Of a stretch of DNA of 64,000 nucleotides, positions 1-29,610 are shown one piece after another. Under the pieces are notes generated by a model that did no database searches, had not been told where the DNA came from, and saw only the letters and a list, made by a program, of their open reading frames with translations. The stretch lies in assembly GCF_964204645.1 (NCBI RefSeq), contig NC_134025.1:4898001-4962000 (forward strand). The letters run 5' to 3'. Each line of letters opens with the position of its first letter. Position 1 is the stretch's first letter. The position numbers and the translations under genes are program-made. This stretch comes from Tubulanus polymorphus (lineage: Eukaryota > Animalia > Nemertea).

Positions 1-17858
<17,858 letters not shown>

Positions 17859-20800
17859 CCTCTTGCGTAGTCCGTGTTACGTGCGCTCGCGGAAAGGAAA
17901 ACAAAAATAGATTTGTTTCTGGTGTAGTCCTTTTTTATCGTCGGTTATTTTTTCTACATAAAAATAGGTTCGTAATTGTTAGATGAAATTAACTGTTGAT
18001 TGTGTTTTTCTGTCAAATCGAGCTCGTAGTAGTTGATACGGGTATAATACCGATGCGTGTGCGAAGTTCAACCAGCCACGGCGTTGACAAGACAAGCTGA
18101 ATCTGCAATTACCAGCGAGCGTATGACGACACAACCTGTCTCCATACTGATTGGTCTCCGGTTCACACATAGTTCTGCACTTCAGCACCGTCACTAGAAT
18201 TTCTCATCTTGGTTGTCCACTGGGTGTCCAAGGGCTATGGGACACCAAACTACTATGTTGAATGTAATTTAGTTTGCAGTATTCATATTTCAAACATTTT
18301 TTTTAGATAGTTAATACTTATCACTAGATTTCTGAAACAACACTTCTATAAACCTTTTACTAAGATTGATTTCACAAACAATACCTTTATAATCTCTATC
18401 GCAAGAATCCAACGGCCACTGTTACCATAAAATGGTTAGAACGTTGTGGAAAATTATTTCTATAAATTCATTTTCATGAATATGTGCAAGTAATTACAGT
18501 GATTAATTACAATTATCAGCAAATTTAAACGCGACAACGACGCCTCGAATTCTTGAAATCCAATTTCAATGTTACACGCTGTTTTTCGGTACGTAAACTA
18601 ACATCGAAACTCGTGGGTGTGTTTATGAAATATCTACGTTAATGATGAAATCTCTTGTAACGTGATACAATTGAGTTTTCTTAGAATTGCCTCCTACAGA
18701 AAACCTTGATCTACGTAAAGTGTATCCACAGTGTGGCCACCCTGGGCGAGCAAGACTCAATTTCGGAACGACAGTCATTTAGAGGCCGCGTCGACTTATT
18801 TCATATTTGCTGATATCCGTTATTAAGGATACATTTGGACAAATGCCCTGAGATCGCTAGGACATCGCTGGGAGATCGCGATATGGGTCCAGCAATTTGA
18901 CCGCTGATGTCATAACAGCATTCGATAAGTTAACGCTACGAACGTTGAAAACAAATATCTCCACGATGCCCAACGGGCAGACTGTACCAGAGATCAATAG
19001 AAGTTATATCATCAAATAGATAGCATTGATGTAACTTATTATAGCAATGAATAATGAACATCTCTCAGTCGTATCCCAGTTAGACACCACTGACGAATGA
19101 CTGGCGAACGACGAAGCTGCAACATAACACACACACATTATACATCACGTTTAAACTATATATATATTTGAAGTAAACTGATAAATGATCCCAGTTGGTA
19201 TTCATCTCAAATCTTTGTTTCTCTAATGAATTTTGTCCTTACATAAGATACATCCTAAAGGTTTATTGTTACGTGCAAGCCAGTGCGTGGTACCAATACA
19301 CTCGCTTATAGTTTTGCGACTTTTGGATCTTTATGATTGCACCAGACAAATCCAAATCCCATTCTGTACGCTGCAATTGTCACGCTTTTGTTGTTCCTTT
19401 TTTTGTATCTATGTTCGATCGTCGATGTGTTCAAGTTCATTCGGCAACAATTTGGTAAAAGCAACCGCCGAACGAAAATCAAATTGTCGAAATAAAGTGT
19501 ATAACGGTGGACGTCATCTAGAGGAAATTGCCCCATCTCGTGAAGCGGACGCCTGAGTCTGATGTCCGTCAAGGATTACTTAATCATCCATCCATAAATG
19601 TCGACCGAGACGCGCCGGTACTGAACCATATACGTCAAGGCATTACGTGTATTGTTTAATTTTACCTCGAACTGCGCCGTAAATCAACACTTGATGCAAT
19701 AAGGGTTCCCCGTAAGTGTCAGTAGAAGAAAGTGGTCCTCCTCTAATCTGTTTACACCCGTAGCAAATATACCGATGTCTCACTGATCGGTCCACCTAAT
19801 TGCCAAACTACTTTACGCACGATCTTAATATCGCATAATGAAGCCGGAGACATATTTTCTTTTTTCATTACGGGTGTGCATCCAGAAATTGAATTGACTG
19901 GTTGATTCATGGACCCTAAAACAAAGTAGTTTCAGAGTCCACGGATGGTTCAAATTACATTGCCTTGAATGAAATAACTGCTAAACAGTGAACTGTTATC
20001 TAAGATAAAACATTTCAAATGCAGACTCGATTAAAACCATATTCTATGCACTTTCGAATAACCGTACTTGTAGGGTAAGATGGATCGAAAGACTTTGCCT
20101 CATGCGTATACATTATTTGGTAACGTAGTTAGCGATGGCAGTTCTAGCCATTGTCAAGCCTAATATCTGTGTAAACGAATTTCAGCAGCGGGAGGTCTAA
20201 TGTTTTTGCCATCCGGCATTTTGTCACAGCGTAGTTATCTACGAGAAACATTTCCGTTTATATCTCTGCGACTTGCATATCGAATTAACACAGTGTTTGT
20301 TCTATAAAAGCCTAAGGGAATGAAACACATATCACATAAGCGATTTCTTCGAGCTAAAGGAAAGACGACTGGCAAGACCTCGGGTATTTCAATGATGTAT
20401 TTTAATGACATGGCACACGAAATTTGTAAATGGACTAAGTCACTGGGGTTATCGTGGTAAAGTTACTTCTTCATCTTCAGATCCCGTGATTAACCATACG
20501 ATACTCGTGACAAAAAGTTACATTGTTCAACAGGTACGGTGTAGCTTTTCAGAAAATGCTTGTGGGTTACTGGCGCGTTCTGCGATCTTTCGGAGATCAA
20601 ATGATGAAATTCATAAACCTGAATTTTGTTTCTAGTATAACGATTTTCCACATTATTACTTAGGTAAATTTGCTCAGTTCCCACGCCAATGGCACTACAC
20701 GAGTTTTGACTGATCGGAGTGTCTTCATTGACAAGGTTCTCCATCGCTTTGTGTCCTTCGTTTTAGTCCATTTTTGGTAAACAAATGAAATGGAGAACTA

Positions 20801-22858
20801 CCCAAAGGAATCAGAAAAGCGGAGTAAAAGTTGTAATCATTTGAAATGTCATGGAAACTGAATGAACAGCGATATAAACGAGTTTTTAGTATCATTTGAT
20901 CACGATCGTGTATCGTAATGTTTGAGATCTGATGTTATCTGATGTTATAATGTCTTCGCGATGTGAAATTTATTTTCATTGTTCAAAAGAAATCTAGAAA
21001 TCTTCATCGTCATAACATATTAAATGTAGCTGAAACTTATAACAAAAAAAGACTTGTAGATACTTATTTGTTTTGTTTAAATGGAAAATTACTGGGTGTT
21101 TGACACGAAAAATGTTCTGAAAAAGATTGAATGTGTATTTTGCTCAAAAAGGTGATTCTAAAAAACAAACTGACTCTTTGATTTGAGTCCTCATCCGAAT
21201 CAACGTTAGTTTGACTGCTATTTGAGATGTCGAATAGCTTTTTGTTTAAGGTTACTGAACCTCTTATTCGAACTCAGAACAACGCTGGTAGCAGATGCCG
21301 TAGGATTCCCACGTGAGTTAAACTGTCAGTTGCTCGTCGTTGATTTGTGTCGCCGTCTCGATGAGGAACTGGCGACTGACGACGCGTAAATCCCAACCGA
21401 ACGATCCTGTTTATCGAACTCATCTAACGTAAATCTATCGCTGTTTTGAATTAATTTCACACTTAAAAGAACAAAGCTGAGTTATAGGTCGCAGGTGATG
21501 GATGAGGTGTCGACTGCTCAATGGAGTTATATATGAAAGCTCAATCATTGGTCATTTATTTTGATCCTACAAAACGCAAGTGCGTTACTAAAATATTTTG
21601 GCCAATAAAGCGTCAATTTATGGGAAATACACGGAAATATATTGTAAGCTATATTGAGATATTTGCAACGTCAGCGAAGAACGAAGGAACACAACTCAAA
21701 ACCACAAACATTCTTACACATAATTAGTAGCTGGTTTTTTGTAATGGTATAAGGGCTTCAAGTTTGTAGCGTTAATAAATCTAGCTTTGATAGGAGACAT
21801 TTCGATCCATTAACGAGCTTCCCCATGATTGGCTATGTAGGATGGTCGATGCGAAAAACGTAGATAGATATAATGTTCGATTTTTTGGTGTTCGTTTTGT
21901 GAGGTTTTCTAAGGTGACATCAATATCTATGAATAGATATGACGGATCCTTCACGAAACGATTCAAACACGGATGGTGATTGTTCGCTATTCTTCTGCGC
22001 AGCAGAAATGGCCATGTTTATTGTCATGTCATGTTTATATGAAAAATACATTACATGTCATATGATGGTTGTTTTCATGTCACAATCGTTTATTTCGCAT
22101 CCAATGTGAATGTGGCGTGAGTAATTTGCGATATATTGTGACGTTTTGCGTGCGAAGCTTTGCGTTTCAAAACTGTTCTTACCTCGTTGATGATATTCTT
22201 CATCTGATCTGTTCTGGTGGGGACCTACACGACTTTTCTTTCACAAAGCTATTACAACAATTATACGATACAAAAGTAAGGTTCTCCATAATTTCGCCAT
22301 ACATTGCATAACTTAGGCGATGGCCTGAACGGTCTATCAGAAGCGTAATCAATCAGAATCGCAAATTAACACAAACACGTCTAAGACTGTGCGTATTGGG
22401 TATCTTTGAGGAACGAAGTTTAAACACAACATTTAAATTTCAATATACTTACTGTTATGTGGGGGAACTGTTAGTACTAACCAAAATGTTGTAGTATATA
22501 TTACTAGAAAACATAGCAGTAGTTCAAAGACAGAATACATTCTCATCGCTGACTCGAAGTAAATGGTCGATTTTCATCTGATTTCACTCTTTTACTCTTC
22601 ATGTATAATTGGTAATCGGTAATGATGACGTTGATCTCTCCCGGTGTTTTGTATTGGAACGATGTTTCGAACAGAACTGTCCCATTTGACTGATCAGATT
22701 CAATCATCGGGTCTTCAGACTATATTCATACAAAGCCGGAAATGATATTCATACGACAAAAGACACGATGAGATTCATCCAGAAATTGTGGAGATGAAAA
22801 CCTTTTTTTGATTATGAATAGCGATTGCGAAATGTATTTTTGCAAAATATCTGAAATA

Positions 22859-23020
22859 TCATTGCTCTTTTATAACCTTGTCGATCCATTCTAGATGTTT
22901 TTCAACACGAGCGAAAACACCTGGGTGTCGAGTGGAACCACAGGTTTTACCCCAAGAAATGATACCGACTAATTTCCAAACACCTTCGCGGTAGCACATC
23001 AGAGGACCGCCACTATCTCC
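22859..23020 (-). CDS. Gene 2 last exon (catalytic Ser)
   Basis: GDSGGPLMC...[36 protein letters not shown]. Confidence 0.95.
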   Translation of the reverse strand, partial: GDSGGPLMCYREGVWKLVGIISWGKTCGSTRHPGVFARVEKHLEWIDKVIKEQ

Positions 23021-26000
23021 CTGCAGAAATCGAAAAATATAATTACTACGTGTTGTTCGCACCTAGGAAAGAAATATGATCATTAATATTGCGAGTATAT
23101 GTAGAAACACAGGTGTCATGTATAGTTTTACGAAAGGTGCGCAAATGTTAATTTGAATTTGTCAGCTATCCAACTGACCCTTTCCGGTCTGGAGAAATTA
23201 TCAAATAGTAAATGTTATGGTCCTTCTGTAAATTCCATAGATTATTGCCAATAAAAAAGGCTTGAATAGTATCACTGTCCAGAAAGTGGCTGCATTTAAA
23301 CCGTGGAGTGATCATTCGACAAATGATTTGACAAATGATAATTTCAAGATAAACCTAGCGCACTATTTATCATTCCTTCGTGACTTGACACTCCAGACGA
23401 ATAATGACGCAACTACTTCAAATGATCGTGAAGCCGTTAAGCCCCAAACCATTGGATTTCGTGCTATATGAGAGATTCGCACAAGAACTGACGGCTTAAT
23501 TAGAACTCTCAGTTTCTTATTCTATGATTTACTCACATAACAGGCCCCGCTGGGAGTATTCGGGTGATATGCACATATTTCGTTTTCTGTCACCATAGAA
23601 TCAGCACGCATGGACTCCGAGACGTACTCAGAAGTGTCGTCGGCCAACACTAGATAGACTTGGATCATTGAGTGACAGGTCTTGTAGTCCATTAACAGTA
23701 CGGGGGCATGTTGAGCATTCGCCGGATCATCTACCGATGAAAAATAACAAAATAAGAGATTTTTCATATTCAGTTTTTTAGTTAACAATCGTCCTGTTTT
23801 TGGTGCCAGTCCTATCGCCAAATGTCTTACAGTCCTTTCACCCATATTCAGACGTTCAGATGAACACAATATATGGAGAAAGGGTGAATGAAACATAAAT
23901 TAGTGTCTTTTATCTTATATCGACCACGATTTACACTCACTCCAACGAGCCGTCTCATTTAACTGACCCCACCCAGAAACATAACACTCGGTGCCGTCTG
24001 CAAATATTTCGTTGTTGTCCGGCAGACATATAGATGTTATGTAGTCGGTCGTTGCTACCGGCGCTTGCAACTTGAGTAAAGCTATATCGTACGACCCTAA
24101 AATTCATATAGTGACAAATATATAATTGACGTTAATATTCTGTACAGAAACTGAATGGTTTAGTTGATTTTTAATTCTAATCAGTTACCTTCAGGATCAA
24201 ATTTCGGGTGAATAACAATTTCTGTCACTCGTGCCTCATATTCTGTGCCATGCTGTACGTGAAAATTGTGTCCTCCGAGCCAAGCTTTTATCGGTGAAAT
24301 TTCATAATCAGTTATGTTTACCCCATCGATATACCTAAAATTCAAACTAAACTCTACAAGAATGACCAAACTGTGTTTAGATAAGGACATGTTTATTTCT
24401 ACAGAACAAAAACGACTACAAGAGCGCGCTATTGGCATATTCTCGCCTAGGAAAGATAACAACGGTGCACAAAAGAGGTTTACATTTTAGTTCTATGGTA
24501 TTCAAGGATACCCTTTGTCAACGAAGCCAGTTACTGGAAAAGACGAGAAGATTCAAATATTATCGATAATTGGCGTTTTTAACTATGGAAGATTAGGTCA
24601 TGGAGGGGCCCTGCGAAGTTGTATTGGCACCGCTTGGCCATCTTCCCTCTGCAGGGACTCGAACCTGATGGCATCGCTACACTCAGCCACGGCACGAACC
24701 CCTGCCATAGACGACCATGTGCGCAGTTACATGCGCACTATCTGAACGAAAACTGGCGGCACCAATCAGATTGCTCGTTGTATAATCGTTGAGGCAAATT
24801 TCGAGGAGGAACTATAAATGGGAAAACCCGGGCTAAAATAAAATGGGATTTCTGATTGGCTAAAAATCACATCATCTGAACTGCGCATGTATCTGCGCAC
24901 ATGGTCGATTGTGGCCATCCTCCCTCTGCAGGGACTCGAACCTGATGGCATCGCTACACTCAGCCACGGCACGAAGACCGGGTGCGCAGTTACATGCGCA
25001 GCTTTCCGAACGAAAACTGGCGGCACCAATCAGATTGCTCGTTGTATAATCGTTGAGGCAAATTTCAAGGAAGAACTATAAATGGTAAAACCCGGGATAA
25101 AATAAAACGGGATTTCTGATTGGCTAAAAATCACATCATCTGAACTGCGCATGTATCTGCGCATACGGTCGATTATGGCAGGGTTTCGTGCCGTGGCAAT
25201 CTCGATGCCATCAGGTTCGAATCCCTGCCGGGGGAGGATGATTGTGGCAGGGTTTCGTGCCGAGGCAATCTCGATGCCATCAGGTTCGAATCCCTGCCGG
25301 GGGAGGATGCGCTTGGCAGGCCTTGCTAATCTAATATTCAGAATTCAACTGGGCAACGACCAACAATCGACCCCTTGATATCTAAACTCCTCAAATACGT
25401 ACTTTGCACAATGAGCTGCGGTGATTACCCATTGAGGATGAATGAGAGCTGCTCCACATACGTGACTTGATTTATTTCCGACATACCGCAAAGAAACGAG
25501 CCATGGCCATTGACCGTGTGAAGAAGGGACGCCTCCGACAATTCGACGAAAGCGTCGTCGCAATTTTCTTCTACCACATAGATTTTTTCCTGCTAATATA
25601 TATGTACATAGCTGGCTTCATTTCAAGTTTTGAATGAAAAGCACAGAGAACGATTCTGTATTATTCTTTAAGCCGACCATCATTACATTACAGATGCCAT
25701 GTTTATCAATGCATCGTTTCTTCCGTTATGCAACTTACATTTGAAACCCCCGCCTTTTCAAATGATTGTATGAAAAAGAAAAAAATGCACACAATAAACA
25801 GAAACGCGATGATAAAGACTATATAAAATCATTCCGAGAATACTTGCACTGACTTACCACAGGCTAACATATCAAACTGCAATGTGTTATTTTGGTGAGA
25901 TTCTTTCGTGCGGATTCGTAAACAGGATAGCCGGACGAGTTTTGGAAAGTATATGTCTTTTGACGTTCCGTTTTTCTGATAATCAAATGTCTATAGCAAA

Positions 26001-28311
26001 AAAAATGAATAAAACATTACGTGGAAGCCCTGTCCTATCTGAACGATGTTTGTAGTTAATAGAAACAAGATACAAACAGTTCTCTACGTCTCCTCAGTAT
26101 TATATTTTCCCAAGTTGACATGTATGTTATCAGGGAGCTTTGGACCGAAGGTTTATGACTGTAATAATGTTTCTAAATATAGTGTCCATCGTTGCTAACT
26201 TAACACTCGGCTAGAAGCAAAGGCTAAGAACCATGTGTCTAGATAATTTGATATCTGTAGTACCGAGACATACATTTTGGTGACAAGAATTATACGGTCC
26301 ATATCAGATTCCTGTTTAATGCGGCTGATCGTATATGGCAAGCGCCAGCGGTTGATCCGAGACTTAAAAAATAGCGTATTGAACACAGCACTGATATACA
26401 GCAACAGGACGAATAATCGCATTTTCGGCCAACCAAACCGATGAACTAATTAATGCGATTAATTACTGTTGCACACAAATATGGATCTGCGACAGTGAAA
26501 GATAATGGAATTTGATAAATAGTCCAGATCCGGTCTAGTTAACGTTGAATGAAGCGGGTTGGTCAAGGACTAATAAATGTAATAAATGTGAGCGTTACTA
26601 ACCAAATTCGTCTGGTTGTTATCCGCAGTAAAATGCCTGAAATCCATACAATTTCTACTGAACGAAACGGTAAATGAATCAAATCGAGTCAGCTGTAGTT
26701 CCCGAGAATGAATTCTCAATCCGGCGACGATTTTTTCGTTCGGTAGTTTTATCTGTAGCCACGAGTCATTTTTCGCCGGACGCCACTTTAGGTGATTACC
26801 CAGCCGAGATATTTCCGTTTCCGGTTGCGTAGTGAAGAAGGAATCGGGGTATCTAGTTTTGTCGCCTAGACCGATTGCCGTGGAACATTTTTGACGCTCT
26901 AGTTTTTGATTTAAAAAAAAAATGAATGATCGACCGGTTGCATTTATATAGTCAAATATTCACTAGGCAAAAATTCACTAAATCAATGTAAACAAAATAA
27001 TCAAGATAACATCAATTCAAAAGATGATTCTGGATCTGATATACATATGACAAATATGCCGCTAATAGTAATAAAGTTCAATTAACAAATTAACATTTTC
27101 CCCATTATATTGATTTTTCTAAGCGATCTTACTACATCCCATCAGTTGCAGACGTGTGATGGCCATCACTGATACTGAATGGCGAACCTTGAGAGTTATA
27201 CACCTCGCCTCAAATATCTCATTAAACCACGTGATCGTTTTATAGTTTCTATTCACGGAAAAGACCTGCAAAATCTCAAACCAAAATCATGTTTCAGTCT
27301 TTATTGGCAGTGATATATTTTACTGAATATCCCAAAAAGCAACATTCGTTTAATCGGTTCTTCAATTTTAGATTAAATTACGACGTACATTAAGTGTGCA
27401 GATATTGATGATCGCGCATTAACGTTTTAACTGTGCTCGAAAATGTTAGAGATTTGTTTTCATTTCATCTAATAAGATCTGACAACTCGTGATTATAAGC
27501 TATGATTCGCTTTCAACTTTTTTGATCTGCATAGAAACGCAGACACACCACACACCTGAAGTTCCCCAGCGGTATCTACAAGCGGGCGAAATCGTTCGCA
27601 ATCCTCGCTGTACCAAAGCGAAAATCCGTTTATCCAATGTCTGACCTCTGTAACCCCTCGCGTTTCGACGCCAGTTATTAGGTAGTTTGACAACAGATCA
27701 ATCTGAGAAAATATCACGACAAAACGCCGATATATCATTTCGACTTATACACAAATTCTCCAAAAGGAAAGAAAAACGTTTCATCGCGATGAATTTCAAA
27801 TTTGAGTTCGTACGTGTATGAAGTTACGTCGATTGCCGATCCAGATATCATCACCAAGTGATGGATATGGTACATAATAACCCTCGCGTAGGTTGAAACT
27901 TGTGTTGATATGTAATGAACCCTCGCAGTTTGAATGCGTATTTCCTGCAAAATTTACTTAAAATCTGATTCATGTTTGGTAAAATTGTCTATTGTTTGAA
28001 AATCTCTAAAGGTCTGAATGCTTGGTGTTTTCGAGGAGATTGTCTATGCATTAATTACCTTCGTAATCTCTATTGCTTGAGGTCTGAAAAGGAATCATCA
28101 TTTATGATATTTGCGGTTTAATAGCTGATATTCCATTACAATCATTGCAATAAAAGACCGGAATAAATGATATTTTCCATCATACCTTGATGGGTCGGGA
28201 CACACAAACAGACGACCATAATACACAGAACCATAAAGAGCAAACGATGATTTCAAGATAACCTGAAATACGTAAATGAATCTGGTCCAAAAATCGTTTC
28301 CTGTTTAGCAT
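22859..28311 (-). CDS. Gene 2: two F5/8 type C (discoidin) domains plus S1A serine protease, ~611 aa
   Basis: Exons: 28186-28311 (in-frame ATGs also at 28329 and 28413), 28059-28083, 27814-27944, 27556-27702, 27133-27265, 26603-26898, 25858-25990, 25403-25589, 24189-24334, 23941-24096, 23537-23730, 22859-23020. Phases are consistent throughout. Hydrophobic N-terminus; [16 protein letters not shown] and WLQIKL...QFDMLAC discoidin motifs; [25 protein letters not shown]. Confidence 0.9.
23537..23730 (-). CDS. Gene 2 exon 11
   Basis: [18 protein letters not shown]...[15 protein letters not shown]; GTGAGT donor. Confidence 0.9.
23941..24096 (-). CDS. Gene 2 exon 10 (catalytic Asp)
   Basis: [25 protein letters not shown]...[15 protein letters not shown]. 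Confidence 0.93.
24189..24334 (-). CDS. Gene 2 exon 9
   Basis: [24 protein letters not shown]...[13 protein letters not shown]; phase 2-1. Confidence 0.9.
24639..25309. mobile_element. Outer copy of a ~338-bp TIR element (CA...TG ends, 8-bp TSD; P- or hAT-like), interrupted by a second copy
   Basis: TSD CGCTTGGC at 24631-24638 and 25310-25317; ends CATCTTCCC...GGGAGGATG; ~100-bp imperfect TIRs. Confidence 0.88.
24916..25240. mobile_element. Inner nested copy (325 bp) of the same element
   Basis: TSD ATTGTGGC at 24908-24915 and 25241-25248; ends CATCCTCCC...GGGAGGATG; same orientation as the outer copy. Confidence 0.88.
25403..25589 (-). CDS. Gene 2 exon 8 (activation site and catalytic His)
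   Basis: [19 protein letters not shown]...WPWLVSL...[20 protein letters not shown]. Confidence 0.95.
25858..25990 (-). CDS. Gene 2 exon 7 (end of discoidin domain 2)
   Basis: TFDYQKNG...[13 protein letters not shown]...LQFDMLAC. Confidence 0.85.
26603..26898 (-). CDS. Gene 2 exon 6 (discoidin domain 2)
   Basis: CSTAIGL...[27 protein letters not shown]...FTVSFSRNC. Confidence 0.85.
27133..27265 (-). CDS. Gene 2 exon 5 (end of discoidin domain 1)
   Basis: VFSVN...[12 protein letters not shown]...TRLQLMGC. Confidence 0.85.
27556..27702 (-). CDS. Gene 2 exon 4 (discoidin domain 1)
   Basis: [16 protein letters not shown]...[12 protein letters not shown]; phase 0-0. Confidence 0.88.
27814..27944 (-). 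CDS. Gene 2 exon 3
   Basis: [10 protein letters not shown]...[13 protein letters not shown] joins IDL of the next exon; phase 1-0. Confidence 0.75.
28059..28083 (-). CDS. Gene 2 exon 2 (25-nt microexon)
   Basis: ttttcag acceptor, [16 protein letters not shown] donor; supplies the required phase 0 to 1 change. Confidence 0.7.
28186..28311 (-). CDS. Gene 2 first coding exon (signal peptide or anchor); start uncertain
   Basis: [42 protein letters not shown] with AG/GTATGA donor. An internal acceptor at 28263-28264 allows an alternative upstream exon. Confidence 0.6.
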
Positions 28312-29262
28312 TGTTAACACATTCAGCATAATATTTTGCTTCTGTTGCCCAAATACATAGGATCCATAGATTATCAGCACGCGGGAGAAATAACTTGAAT
28401 CGATGAATTCCATTCTGTGCGAGAAGGACGAGTCTTGGACATCGAAAAAAGAAACAACAACAAACGTTGATATAAAAATCTACTGCTTTTATCTACTTAA
28501 TCTGTGAAAAAAATATAAATGCAAAAAAATCTACACATGTCTACAAGTAGATCAATTACCAATGATTGAAGTTCACTGATACAAATTCAATCAAAATCTA
28601 GGATTTCGGTATTTAGACTTTAGACTTCCGTTTATAACGAAGTTGCGTACGGTTCAAAGCAATAAATCAAATGCCTTAAGGTCGTCTTTATCGCAGAAGA
28701 CCAGTTCAAAAGGCAAAAAATATCATAAATGACACGCAATAAGTAAAGCACTGGTTATTTCGAGAAGCTTTGCACGACATCGTAAATCGTAAACATTTCT
28801 CTTAACGGCAATTATATAGAACTTTATAATAAATGACATATACAATATTTCGTTATTAGGAAACTATCCTGAAAGTACTTGATAACACTTTCCAGCATTC
28901 TGGTATTTGATGTTCACGAATATACATAATCCGAATTCGTCCCGAGCGAAGAAATCGCAGACTGAAGTACAGCAAGTCCGAATGTCCCAATGTCCCACAC
29001 CTCAACCAGACGATATGTGTCTACGCGATGCGTGTTCCTTATTAAGACTATCTTCTGCAACAAAAATATATTAAACAAACATATTATATTCATCCCCATG
29101 CTGTCAATCTGTGAAGACTTTTTGGAAAGGTAATATTAGTATCGGGAGTGAAAATCCCAGGCTTAATTGTCTTTTTTTCAGATTATCGGCTGTTTATTTG
29201 AAAATTAAAGTATAAAAATGATTACTGGTAAATATCCTTATGATACAAACCAGACAAAAAAT

Positions 29263-29610
29263 TCATACATCACCTTTGTAACTGGTCAGTATCAAATCGT
29301 CTACGTTTGATTGTAGGTGTGAATGAATTTGTGAAATCCTTCTCGATTGTTTCGGAGAAACAGTCGGCCGGACGATCGAGCAGTACAGTCCGTAGGTTAT
29401 GAACAAGAAAAAACTATACACGACGCAAAAAAACAACGTAAGCAATCCTTGGGCTTCCTCGCCACCGATTTGACAGTTTTTTGCAAGAGTTGCTCTATCG
29501 CGAGTAGAATTGTTTTTTGTACATGCTGTAGTATTTACGAAAGTTGTACTGTTCATATTTGTAGCCCGATGCTGGTGATTGTGTTGAGACATTTTATCTT
29601 GCGTTTTCAT
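29263..29610 (-). CDS. Candidate small single-pass membrane glycoprotein (115 aa)
   Basis: ATG at 29610, just after a ttcag acceptor-like site. Four N-x-S/T sequons precede a hydrophobic helix (GLLTLFFCVVYSFFLFITYGLYCSIV), then a basic juxtamembrane segment. Confidence 0.5.
   Translation of the reverse strand: MKTQDKMSQHNHQHRATNMNSTTFVNTTACTKNNSTRDRATLAKNCQIGGEEAQGLLTLFFCVVYSFFLFITYGLYCSIVRPTVSPKQSRRISQIHSHLQSNVDDLILTSYKGDV

Noticed and set aside
19306-20744. Minus-strand ORFs of 88 and 84 aa between the protease genes
   Set aside because: No recognisable domain or consistent splice chain; lengths are compatible with chance.
24766-25378. ORFs with a repeated [12 protein letters not shown] peptide; possible tRNA genes or CRISPR-like array
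   Set aside because: These are translations of the nested element's TIRs. There is no cloverleaf or anticodon arm, no unique spacers and no cas genes, and the TSDs explain the periodicity.
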